DNA of 64,000 nt from Candidatus Magasanikiibacteriota bacterium (GTDB taxonomy: Bacteria > Patescibacteriota > Patescibacteriia > Magasanikbacterales > GWA2-37-8): positions 10,507 to 74,506 of the forward strand of contig JACOYB010000008.1 in assembly GCA_016182085.1 (NCBI GenBank), read 5' to 3'. The translations under genes and the position numbers were made by a program. Shown in pieces: positions 31,678 through 39,812 of this stretch. The notes beneath the pieces are model-generated. The model searched no databases. It saw only the letters and a list, made by a program, of their open reading frames with translations, and had not been told where the DNA came from. How positions within the stretch are numbered: the stretch's first letter is position 1; the number at the start of each line of letters is the position of its first letter.

Positions 31678-31843
31678 AGATAAAAATATGAATTAACGTA
31701 TTGATTATATCACAGTTATAGAAACCGGCAAAAATATTATCCTCTTTTGCTCTTGGCTATCTGGTTTCTAGTTTTTCTAGGCTTCTACAATTAAAAATTA
31801 AACCACAGTTTATAATAATATAAATTATTTTAATTTTATTGAT

Positions 31844-31872
31844 TTGACATTGAACTTAAAAATATTTATAAT
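31844..31872 (+). promoter_or_regulatory. Consensus sigma70 promoter
   Basis: TTGACA-17 bp-TATAAT. Confidence 0.85.
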
Positions 31873-31897
31873 AAGTATGTTCCTTTTAACAACATAA

Positions 31898-31913
31898 TGT
31901 TACATGTGAAACA
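31898..31913. promoter_or_regulatory. parS-like palindrome
   Basis: TGTTACATGTGAAACA, 14/16 to TGTTTCACGTGAAACA. Confidence 0.65.
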
Positions 31914-31921
31914 TATATATT

Positions 31922-32287
31922 ATGAATTCTTTAATATCTCCTTCTTTAGACTTTATAGCCGGTTTCTTTAGCACAGGCGCTACCTTTATGTGGGTAAAGC
32001 AAAAAAACTTAAAGGTTCCCGTATTCCAAATAAAAATGCAGATTTCGGACCGAGACTTGCTTGAAACGGTAAAATTAAAACTCGGTCTTAAGGAAAAAAT
32101 ATATGAATATAAGTATAAAAATACAAATTATCTTCTTTTACTAGTCCGAAAACGATCAAGTATAGAAAATGTCATAATTCCAACTTTTGACGGGAGATTA
32201 TTTGGAAATAAAGCAATTCAATTTGAAAACTGGAAAAATAAGTATTATCAAGAGAAGCTTAACTTTGTTTATAAACACTATAGATAG
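31922..32287 (+). CDS. Stand-alone LAGLIDADG-like protein, degenerate active site
   Basis: FIAGFFSTGATF versus typical YIAGFFDGEGSF; VFQIKM..DRDLLE..LG; IIPTFD..L.GNK...FE.W. Confidence 0.7.
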   Translation: MNSLISPSLDFIAGFFSTGATFMWVKQKNLKVPVFQIKMQISDRDLLETVKLKLGLKEKIYEYKYKNTNYLLLLVRKRSSIENVIIPTFDGRLFGNKAIQFENWKNKYYQEKLNFVYKHYR

Positions 32288-32295
32288 ATACAAAA

Positions 32296-32311
32296 TGTTT
32301 CACGGGAAACT
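32296..32311. promoter_or_regulatory. parS-like palindrome
   Basis: TGTTTCACGGGAAACT, 14/16 to consensus. Confidence 0.6.
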
Positions 32312-32586
32312 TTTGTAGGAATAAGTTCTATTTATAGCTACTTTAGTTAACAAAGTTACTAATAGTAGTAGTTACACAAATTCAAGTTTAATATAGTTAA
32401 AAATCTTCTAAAATTAGCCACTATTTATAATTAAAGTGTATAAATTTGTATAGACTAATGTATACAAATATCCCCATATCCACCTAGTTATACACAGACT
32501 TATCCACTTATTTTTTACCTTAAAACCATTGACAAATGGCCTATTTTAAGGTATATGTACCTTCATTAACCGCCAAGGAGATACAC

Positions 32587-33558
32587 ATGCCCAGAACTTT
32601 CTGGCTAGTCGTTGCCTTTCTGGTGGTTTTGTCCACCACTGGCTGCACCAAGTGCTCCCAATCAAATGGGACACCGACTTCCACAGATCCGTGTGCGGAT
32701 CAAGGAGAGCGGGATGCCCTCCTGACCATGTGGGAGTCCGACATGGCAACCGCCCAAGTGGAGTTTGGCCTCTCACAGGCCTGGACCAACTGGGTCAACG
32801 AACACAAAGGTTCCTACCAGAATCCCTACATCCACACTCGCTGCCGAGACAAGGCCGCGGAAATTCTGGTCCTTCTAACCTATTATGGAGGAGCTGGACG
32901 AAAGCCGACCTTCTTCAGAGATGGGTGGACGCAGGAAAAAGAAGATCACTTCCGTGACCTTATGGAAAGGTACATGGAAAAGGTCTTTTCAGGCTTTGAC
33001 TTTTATCTCACCTTCAACTCTGAGGGTTCCAGATGGGTCAACGCCGAAGAAGCTCGTTTGATTTTGGCTGTCGGATACAACGGACCAGCGTCGTTTGCAA
33101 CAGACAAGTACCTCTACCTCATTTATCCGGCTATCGTTGGACATGAGGCGGCACACTTGTGCCCTCAACCTTATGACCAGAATGGCTGGTGTATGGGGTA
33201 CGACCACCATTACTGCAATGACGAAATAGACAATCATGAGCGTTGCGCGCCACCAGGTGAATTTGAAGTAGGCTGCATCATGCACCGCAACGCCCTAACA
33301 TTCGGACCAATGGAGCAAAAGATCTCCGGACTTGATTATCCTTTCTCGCCAGAAGCCCGACAAGCGCTGGAAGACGAGATTGAGGGTATAGGACTGGAGA
33401 TCAAAACCATGTTGCCCGAAGAAATGGTTGCTCGCGGCGAAGCCGAACTTGAAGCGCCACTCAACCACGGTCTTGAGCTGACACCGCAGCAGCGACAAGA
33501 CCACATTGCTCACAAGCAACTTCTCCAGAATGGCCAGTACTGGCTTTCTGGAGAGTAG
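32587..33558 (+). CDS. Orphan lipoprotein, putative metzincin-type zinc peptidase
   Basis: AAGGAG SD before ATG 32587; lipobox-like STTGC; HEAAH...GYDH and CIM Met-turn; GC-richer than flanks. Confidence 0.7.
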   Translation: MPRTFWLVVAFLVVLSTTGCTKCSQSNGTPTSTDPCADQGERDALLTMWESDMATAQVEFGLSQAWTNWVNEHKGSYQNPYIHTRCRDKAAEILVLLTYYGGAGRKPTFFRDGWTQEKEDHFRDLMERYMEKVFSGFDFYLTFNSEGSRWVNAEEARLILAVGYNGPASFATDKYLYLIYPAIVGHEAAHLCPQPYDQNGWCMGYDHHYCNDEIDNHERCAPPGEFEVGCIMHRNALTFGPMEQKISGLDYPFSPEARQALEDEIEGIGLEIKTMLPEEMVARGEAELEAPLNHGLELTPQQRQDHIAHKQLLQNGQYWLSGE

Positions 33559-33593
33559 GCGAGCAATCAAGGAAGCCACCGGCTTCCGTCGTC

Positions 33594-33623
33594 CACCACC
33601 CTAAAAGGTGGTGTTTTGTTTTT
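33594..33623 (+). terminator. Intrinsic terminator
   Basis: CACCACC-CTAAAA-GGTGGTG followed by a T-rich tract. Confidence 0.75.
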
Positions 33624-33670
33624 TACAAAAGTTTCTTAACTAGAATAATCTTGGATCGCTGTGCATATCC

Positions 33671-33687
33671 TACTACATAGTGTAGTA
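33671..33687. promoter_or_regulatory. BlaI-type operator, third copy
   Basis: TACTACA-tag-TGTAGTA within a longer palindrome 33665-33693. Confidence 0.6.
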
Positions 33688-33750
33688 GGATATGAGTTTG
33701 CTTATTAAAATACAAAAGCCGCCAAAATTTACACACATCTTGACGGCGCC

Positions 33751-34035
33751 TCACCATACACAATATGCAATAGTGAAAACAACTGAACCTCCAATCCACA
33801 ACCGGGTTGTCCATGAAATCTTTCTACGCTCTTGCCAATCCCGAATCATTTTCCCGAATACACGACTGTTTAAGAGCCGCTTGTGGAATTTTTCCGATCC
33901 CTTGTTGTAACAACCGGCTGCCAGAAACGCAAACAGGGCGGCCGGCACATGCGGCAATACTAACCCCAGAAAGGCGAGGATTGCTGCCAAATGCCCGGCA
34001 AAAACAAAAAGCCATTTCGGGACTTTGACCTTCAT
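33751..34035 (-). CDS. YbaN/DUF454 family membrane protein
   Basis: LGLVLPHVPAALF..LAA.CY.KGS.KFH..LL...FG..I.DW; SD-like AAAGGAG upstream. Confidence 0.8.
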   Translation of the reverse strand: MKVKVPKWLFVFAGHLAAILAFLGLVLPHVPAALFAFLAAGCYNKGSEKFHKRLLNSRVFGKMIRDWQERRKISWTTRLWIGGSVVFTIAYCVW

Positions 34036-34089
34036 TACTTTCTCCTTTAGTTCCCTTAGCCAAACTACTTTTTCGTTTAAGTTTCTTTG

Positions 34090-34160
34090 TGGACCTGGCG
34101 AGAATCGAACTCGCGTCTGAGCAATGCGAATGCCCTATACTACCACTGTAATACAGGCCC
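34090..34160 (-). tRNA. tRNA-Ala(CGC)
   Basis: GGGCCTG/CAGGTCC with G3:U70; GGGCA-TTCGCAT-TGCTC; GTTCGATTC. Confidence 0.92.
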
Positions 34161-34166
34161 TAATAT

Positions 34167-34338
34167 TTTGTGCCCCCAGCATGAATTGGCTTCGGCTCTT
34201 ACTCGCTTCCACTCATTCGGCCTAGCCACCGCCTCGCGGCCGCACTCGCCAGCCTGCGTCGTGCGACATCACTCCGGCGTTCAATTCATATCGCAACACA
34301 CGCAGGTGTGTTGCGCTTTGTGCCCCCAGCATGAATTG
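34167..34338. repeat. 22-bp direct repeat of the tRNA-Arg 3' end around a structured spacer
   Basis: TTTGTGCCCCCAGCATGAATTG at 34167-34188 and 34317-34338. Confidence 0.9.
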
Positions 34339-34392
34339 AACACACATCTTACCCTTAGGACGGGTCTGTTCTATCCGTTGAACTATGGGGGC
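34321..34392 (-). tRNA. tRNA-Arg(CCT)
   Basis: GCCCCCA/TGGGGGC acceptor, GTTC/GAAC D-arm, ACCC-GTCCTAA-GGGT, T-loop TTCAATT; TTGTCA-17-TATAGT promoter upstream. Confidence 0.88.
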
Positions 34393-34495
34393 AAATTGAA
34401 TTGATAAATGAAACTATATAGGAAAAATGTTGTTTTGACAATGAGCCTATCCCGATTTGAAACTTTCCTTGTTCAAGGCTATAATTGCAAGTGCT

Positions 34496-35575
34496 ATGCA
34501 AACCATTCTCTTCATATTTCTAATCATACTTTCACTTGGCTTGGCCGCGGCGGTTTTTTTACTTATCAAAAAACAAGGAACTAAACCAAACGACGGCGAA
34601 CAAAATCTTTTCTTAATGCTGCAAAACCAAATCCAGGATTTAAATAGGCTGGTAGAACAAAAGATTACCGACACGCATAAAGTAATGAGCGATACTCAGG
34701 CAAATTTAAACAAAACTATCCAATCGCAATTTGGCCAAAGCATGAAAATAATTACCGATGTCACGGAACGCCTGGCCAAACTGGACGAAACTAATCGCCA
34801 GGTTATCAGTTTCACCGACCAGTTACAAAATTTGCAAGATATTTTAAAAAATCCAAAGCAGAGAGGGATTTTGGGGGAATATTATCTGGAAACACTCCTC
34901 AAAAATGTCTTGGCTCCTAGCCAATACCAAATGCAATACGGATTTAAAAACGGCGAAATTGTGGACGCGGTTGTATTTGTAAAGGATAAAATTATTCCGG
35001 TTGATTCTAAATTTTCTTTAGAAAATTATAATAGAATGATTGAAACAACTGATGCGACAGAGAAATCCAGATTAGAAAAACTTTTTGTAAATGATCTGAA
35101 ATTGCGCATTACCGAAACCGCCAAATATATCAGGCCCGAAGAGGGGACAATGGAATTTGCTTTTATGTTCATTCCTCATGAGGCTATATATTACGATCTT
35201 CTTATAAATAAAATTGGCGCCATCACCGAAGATACCGAAAACCTGATCCAGCGCGCCGCCGGTAAGTATAAAGTTATAATTGTTTCACCCACCTCATTTT
35301 TGGCATACTTACAAACTGTCTTGCAGGGCCTAAAAGCCATGCAGATAGAAGAAACAACCAAAGATATCATAAAGCGCGTTGGGGAAATTGGCACCCACTT
35401 AAAAAAATATGAAGAGTACCATAATAAGTTAGGCAGCTCTCTCGGCACGACAGTCAACCATTTCAATAGTTCAAGCAAGGAATTCAAAAAGATAGATAAA
35501 GATGTGGTTCGTATTACCGGTGGTTCGGCCGGTTTTGAAATTGCCCTCATAGACAAGCCGGACTCTGAAGAATAG
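34496..35575 (+). CDS. rmuC: DNA recombination protein RmuC
   Basis: N-terminal TM, KQRGILGE, VDSKF, KYI.P..TMEFAFMFIP.E, VSPTS; TTGAAA-17-TATAAT just upstream. Confidence 0.93.
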   Translation: MQTILFIFLIILSLGLAAAVFLLIKKQGTKPNDGEQNLFLMLQNQIQDLNRLVEQKITDTHKVMSDTQANLNKTIQSQFGQSMKIITDVTERLAKLDETNRQVISFTDQLQNLQDILKNPKQRGILGEYYLETLLKNVLAPSQYQMQYGFKNGEIVDAVVFVKDKIIPVDSKFSLENYNRMIETTDATEKSRLEKLFVNDLKLRITETAKYIRPEEGTMEFAFMFIPHEAIYYDLLINKIGAITEDTENLIQRAAGKYKVIIVSPTSFLAYLQTVLQGLKAMQIEETTKDIIKRVGEIGTHLKKYEEYHNKLGSSLGTTVNHFNSSSKEFKKIDKDVVRITGGSAGFEIALIDKPDSEE

Positions 35576-35681
35576 CAACCCTTGACTTTTACTGTAAAAA
35601 GTAGTACTGTATGCAAGTTGGAATTAATAAACTTCACTCTCATTTTTATTTATTCTGCCTTAAATCAACATTTTAAACACT

Positions 35682-35927
35682 ATGCCTAATATTCAAAGTG
35701 CGAGAAAAGAACTTCGTAAAGCCAAAAAACGCGCCGCCTTAAATAAATTGCGCCGCGATACATATAAAAATTTGCTAAAAACCGCCGTGGTTTCCAAATC
35801 TGCAGATGCAGTCAAGGCCGCTCAAAAAGCCCTAGACAAAGCCGCTAAAAACGGTGTTATCAAAAAGAACACCGCCGCCCGCAAATTGTCCCGCTTGATG
35901 AAAAAATTGAATAAGACCAAAAAATAA
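35682..35927 (+). CDS. rpsT: 30S ribosomal protein S20
   Basis: MPNIQSARK..LDKAAKNGVIKKNTAARKLSRL. Confidence 0.97.
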   Translation: MPNIQSARKELRKAKKRAALNKLRRDTYKNLLKTAVVSKSADAVKAAQKALDKAAKNGVIKKNTAARKLSRLMKKLNKTKK

Positions 35928-35942
35928 AGCTTAGTATAAATT

Positions 35943-36057
35943 AAAATAGGTATTGTATTTTGCAACACACCGGAGGCCGATTCGCATCGGCCGAGGTCTG
36001 AAGCGACCAGTCGCCACAGCGACTGGGACGCTGTTTGCAAAAGACAATACCTGTTTT
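35943..36057. ncRNA. Three-way-junction element, copy 1
   Basis: Core nearly identical to 54717-54835; closing stems differ in sequence but both pair. Confidence 0.65.
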
Positions 36058-36093
36058 ATTTATGTTTGCTAAATATAGCTTCCTCTTTTTAAT

Positions 36094-37059
36094 TTAACTC
36101 AATCTCGCTACAAACAAATCAATAAGCCAAGACTGGTCCGCAAGACCGGTCTTTGTTTTTATATCTATTTCCAAAAGCTGATTATAAATATCTTTTAATT
36201 TATCAAGCGAATATCTTTTAATAAGCGGTAATGATTTTTTTACCACAAACGGATGAAGCCCGAGCATTTTTGCCATCTGGTCGCTGGAAATATTTTCTTC
36301 TCTATTAAATAAATCACGAAGTGAAATAAGAATTCTAAACTGGCGCAAAATCATACTAAATAAATATCCGTCGTCTTGTCCCAAGCGCCTCTGATCTTCA
36401 ATTAGTTTGAACGCCAACTTTTGATTGCCGGCGACGATCGCATCAACCATATTAAAGATATTATCATCGGATTTTTCTTCCAAAAACAACTGTACATCAG
36501 AAAGAGCGATCTCTTTTGTGCCAGCATACGCCACCAGCTGATCAATGAGCGAACTGGCATGCCACATATCGCTCCCCGCGTGCTCTGCCAAATAATTTAA
36601 CGCGGCGGCGGAAATTGTACCACCGCGCGCAACAACTTCATTTTTTATCCAAGAAGTAAGTGCTGCGCCGCTAAGCAATGCAAATTCTTTAGCCCATGTT
36701 GCTTTAGCCAATATTTTATGCAATTCCTGAACGACCTTGGATTTTCCCATTGGCTCGGATTGGTAAAAAATTACAACGTTTTTTTCGGGGATTTTATTCT
36801 CTTTCACTCCTTGGATAAAGGACTCCAGTGTATCTGCATCTTTAGTAGATAAAATATTTTGAATAACTACAAGTCTTTTCTCCGCCAAAAATGGCATGGC
36901 AGTTATTTCATTCCACAAACGGCTGCTTTCTTCCTTTTGCCCATTCAAAATCACCACATTCATGCCTTGCGGGTCTCTTTCTTTTTTAAATCTTTCTATC
37001 TGTAATTTTAGATAGTTGTGGCTGGAAAATGTATCTTCGCCGTAAATATATATAATCAT
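36094..37059 (-). CDS. holA: DNA polymerase III delta subunit
   Basis: MIIYIYGED, MPFLAEKRLVVI, IFNMVDAI, LHPFVVKK, D..KTG. Confidence 0.92.
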   Translation of the reverse strand: MIIYIYGEDTFSSHNYLKLQIERFKKERDPQGMNVVILNGQKEESSRLWNEITAMPFLAEKRLVVIQNILSTKDADTLESFIQGVKENKIPEKNVVIFYQSEPMGKSKVVQELHKILAKATWAKEFALLSGAALTSWIKNEVVARGGTISAAALNYLAEHAGSDMWHASSLIDQLVAYAGTKEIALSDVQLFLEEKSDDNIFNMVDAIVAGNQKLAFKLIEDQRRLGQDDGYLFSMILRQFRILISLRDLFNREENISSDQMAKMLGLHPFVVKKSLPLIKRYSLDKLKDIYNQLLEIDIKTKTGLADQSWLIDLFVARLS

Positions 37060-37241
37060 AATAATTAGCTTTCCAATAAGCATTACAATTTTAATGCTTA
37101 TCTTCTTTTTTAGCAATATTTTACATTGACAAAATCAAAAAAATATAGTAGTGTGGGTCTCACCCATATATGGTGATTCCTTCGGCGGAACTAATATCCG
37201 CCAGCACCTAACAGGGCTTTTCCCTTCCGAAACGGAGCATC

Positions 37242-37631
37242 ATGAACAACCCCGATCCTTTCGATCCGCCCGATGAACTGGACCAGACGCTGCACGGCGA
37301 CGAGGTGCCGCCGACAACTACGACCAGCGACGAGACTGGCGAAGACGATGAGTCCACGGCCGATACCATGGACCGGAACCGACCCCCGTCCGACGGCTCC
37401 CCGCTTGCAGATGAGGCCGTGTTCATTGAGCTCGGCGAGATCGCCGATGCCATTGACGAGGTGATTGATGACGATCTGAAGTTTGATCGTAATCAGCCCG
37501 TCACCATGAGCGGTCAAATCGGCACTGCCAAGTCCAGTCCGGCCCATGACGCCAGGCTTCACCAATGGAAAGCCATTAACGTGGACGCTTCCATTGGCGG
37601 CGGTACGGATGCGAGTAATCGCCTTCCCTAG
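37242..37631 (+). CDS. Acidic GC-rich orphan protein
   Basis: GGAG SD; TTGACA at 37126; Asp/Glu/Pro-rich. Confidence 0.55.
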   Translation: MNNPDPFDPPDELDQTLHGDEVPPTTTTSDETGEDDESTADTMDRNRPPSDGSPLADEAVFIELGEIADAIDEVIDDDLKFDRNQPVTMSGQIGTAKSSPAHDARLHQWKAINVDASIGGGTDASNRLP

Positions 37632-38202
37632 CGAGGGCGAACAAGGAGAATATGGTAGCTGTTCTGAGGAAACAGAACAGCTACCACCTATAAATTAAAG
37701 CATCGCGCCTCAAGCGCGTTTTTTTAATGGTCCCAGACCATAGAGGGGTTGACTAACCCCTCAAAATATGGTAAGTTATCTTCGCCCTAGCGACAGCCTG
37801 CAAGGCTTTCCCGCTAGCGCACAGGAACTACATGCAGAAGAACAACATCGCCAACCCCCGCGGTCGTCCGACCAGCAACACGGAGGCCCTCGTTCATAGC
37901 GATCGCAAGAATCTCGACAACACCGGCGCCGGCGCCAACTGATCCCAGCTCGACGCCGACGACAACGGTCTCGCGACCTGAATCCTCATCCTGAGGAGCC
38001 GGGCCGGGGCCGATCCTCCGCGCTGCGGGAGAGCATCATGGAGAACTTCCTGACAACAGGATGTTCCACCTGGCTCAAGCAGCCACCGGAAGGGCGGCGG
38101 CACCAAGTCTTCGGACACGGTGCCGCCGCCCACTCCGTCTATAATTAACTCAGCCATTACTTAGCTCACGCATACCTTGCGGGCTTTTTTTGTTTTATGC
38201 TA

Positions 38203-38219
38203 TACTACACATTGTAGTA
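38203..38219. promoter_or_regulatory. BlaI-type operator overlapping the -10 box of the repressor gene
   Basis: TACTACA-cat-TGTAGTA overlapping TGcTATACT. Confidence 0.85.
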
Positions 38220-38241
38220 AATTTTTTATCCTAAAAAATAT

Positions 38242-38628
38242 ATGCGATATAACGCTACCACTTCTTCCTTAGGAAGTTTGGAAGAAGAAATCATGCAAAT
38301 AATTTGGAAAGAGCCCGCGGCTTCGGTGCGTTTGGTTTTTGAAAAAATAAAAAAAAGACGCGAGATTGCCTATACTACCGTTATGACCATTATGTCCCGC
38401 TTGCACGCCAAAGGCATACTAAACCGCAAACAAAAAGACGGCGGCGCTTATGTTTACGCCCCGGCGCAAAGCAAAGAAAAATTCTTGGAACAAATTTCCG
38501 AACGGGTAATAAAAAACTTAATAAAAAATTGCGGCGAGGTAGCCGTGGCCAGATTTATAGATATAGTGGAAGCGGGTAATTTTAAAAAATCAGCTCAGTG
38601 GAGAAAAAAACTGAAAAAGATTAAATGA
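38242..38628 (+). CDS. BlaI/MecI/CopY family transcriptional repressor
   Basis: LGSLEEEIMQIIW, IAYTTVMTIMSRL..KG. Confidence 0.93.
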   Translation: MRYNATTSSLGSLEEEIMQIIWKEPAASVRLVFEKIKKRREIAYTTVMTIMSRLHAKGILNRKQKDGGAYVYAPAQSKEKFLEQISERVIKNLIKNCGEVAVARFIDIVEAGNFKKSAQWRKKLKKIK

Positions 38629-38643
38629 TTCCGGTTTTAAATT

Positions 38644-39702
38644 ATGATTTTTAACATGCGGCAAAAATCCAACTGGCTGTTTGCTCAAATTATAATCTTG
38701 GGAACGATTATAACTATTCTTATCGCCGGTTTATTTTATAAAATTTATAATTTCACATTCGGCGCTTTAGGCAATATTACTCTAAACCGCATACAAAATG
38801 CTTGCGGCTGCCAAATACCTTCATCCGCCAACAACTCTGTCCTTACGGGGTTTGCTGTTCTGCTGGGATCGGCTATAGTCATATCTTTTATTTTTGCCTT
38901 ATCCAAAATAATTATTTCTTTAATAAAAACCAAAAAATTTATAAGCCTGCAAAAAATAAACTTCGTTAAAAGCTCTAAAAAATTAACCCAGGTAGCGGCC
39001 ACCATCGGCATCCAAAATCAGGTGGTAGAAATAAATACAACCCAACCCCTTATTTTTTGCCACGGACTAAAAAGCGAAAAAATATACATATCATCTACGG
39101 TAGTAAAAGCTTTGAGTTTTGCCCAGTTACAAACAGCTCTGCTACACGAGACCCATCATTTGCTTACAAAAGAGCCGGCTCGATTATTAATCCTAAAACT
39201 CATCGGGGTATTTGGTTTTATCCCGGGCATCAATAGTTTAATAAAAAAATATTTGTCTTTTTCGGAGATCGCGGCCGACGAACTGGCTACAGATAACTTT
39301 AAAGAAAAAAACCATCTGGCCGCGGCTATGGCCAAAATTTTGGAACTGGAAGAAAAAAACATTATCCAAAAAGAGTTAGCCGTATCTTTCTTCAGCCAGA
39401 TGACAGAAGAACGAGTTGTAAATTTAAGCGAAGCTGGTTATAAACCAACATTTAAAACAGAGCTGCTAAAAGCAGCTTTTGGCATAGCTGGTGCAGCTAT
39501 ATTTATTTTATTTTTTAGCTCCAACCTAAATGTTCAACAGTCCAAGGCCCAAGAAATATATACAAAATCCGGCTGCGCCGAACAAATTTATAAAATTGAA
39601 AAATGCCAAAACGGCTGGACAAAATGCGCCGAACAAAATTATCATCAAGAAAAAACCAATTGTCAAAAATCTATCAAATACTTTGATAAGTTAAAAAATT
39701 AA
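38644..39702 (+). CDS. M56/BlaR1-like membrane zinc peptidase with Cys-rich ends and no penicillin-binding domain
   Basis: LLHETHH, EIAADE, TM helices; CGC loop; four Cys in the C-terminal domain. Confidence 0.85.
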   Translation: MIFNMRQKSNWLFAQIIILGTIITILIAGLFYKIYNFTFGALGNITLNRIQNACGCQIPSSANNSVLTGFAVLLGSAIVISFIFALSKIIISLIKTKKFISLQKINFVKSSKKLTQVAATIGIQNQVVEINTTQPLIFCHGLKSEKIYISSTVVKALSFAQLQTALLHETHHLLTKEPARLLILKLIGVFGFIPGINSLIKKYLSFSEIAADELATDNFKEKNHLAAAMAKILELEEKNIIQKELAVSFFSQMTEERVVNLSEAGYKPTFKTELLKAAFGIAGAAIFILFFSSNLNVQQSKAQEIYTKSGCAEQIYKIEKCQNGWTKCAEQNYHQEKTNCQKSIKYFDKLKN

Positions 39703-39756
39703 TTACTTGCCTGCAGGGTAGTGAGTTTAACTCTACTGCCCTGTGGATAAATAAAT

Positions 39757-39793
39757 TTTACAATTAAAGCCATACCTACTACAATATGTAGTA
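39757..39793 (+). promoter_or_regulatory. Promoter TTTACA-17-TACAAT overlapped by BlaI-type operator (39777-39793)
   Basis: TACTACA-ata-TGTAGTA; a perfect DnaA box also lies at 39742-39750. Confidence 0.85.
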
Positions 39794-39812
39794 ATAAATA
39801 ATTATATCACTT

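Noticed and set aside
32340-32510. Second replication origin
   Set aside because: Only two or three DnaA-box-like sites, and the TAG repeats are wrongly placed relative to them; the dnaA-dnaN gap fits oriC better.
34087-34404. 105-aa ORF (also 46540-46905 and 43759-44154)
   Set aside because: They overlap tRNA genes or conserved CDSs on the opposite strand.
38242-39702. Beta-lactam resistance cassette
   Set aside because: No beta-lactamase or mecA-like gene is adjacent and the peptidase has no penicillin-binding sensor domain.
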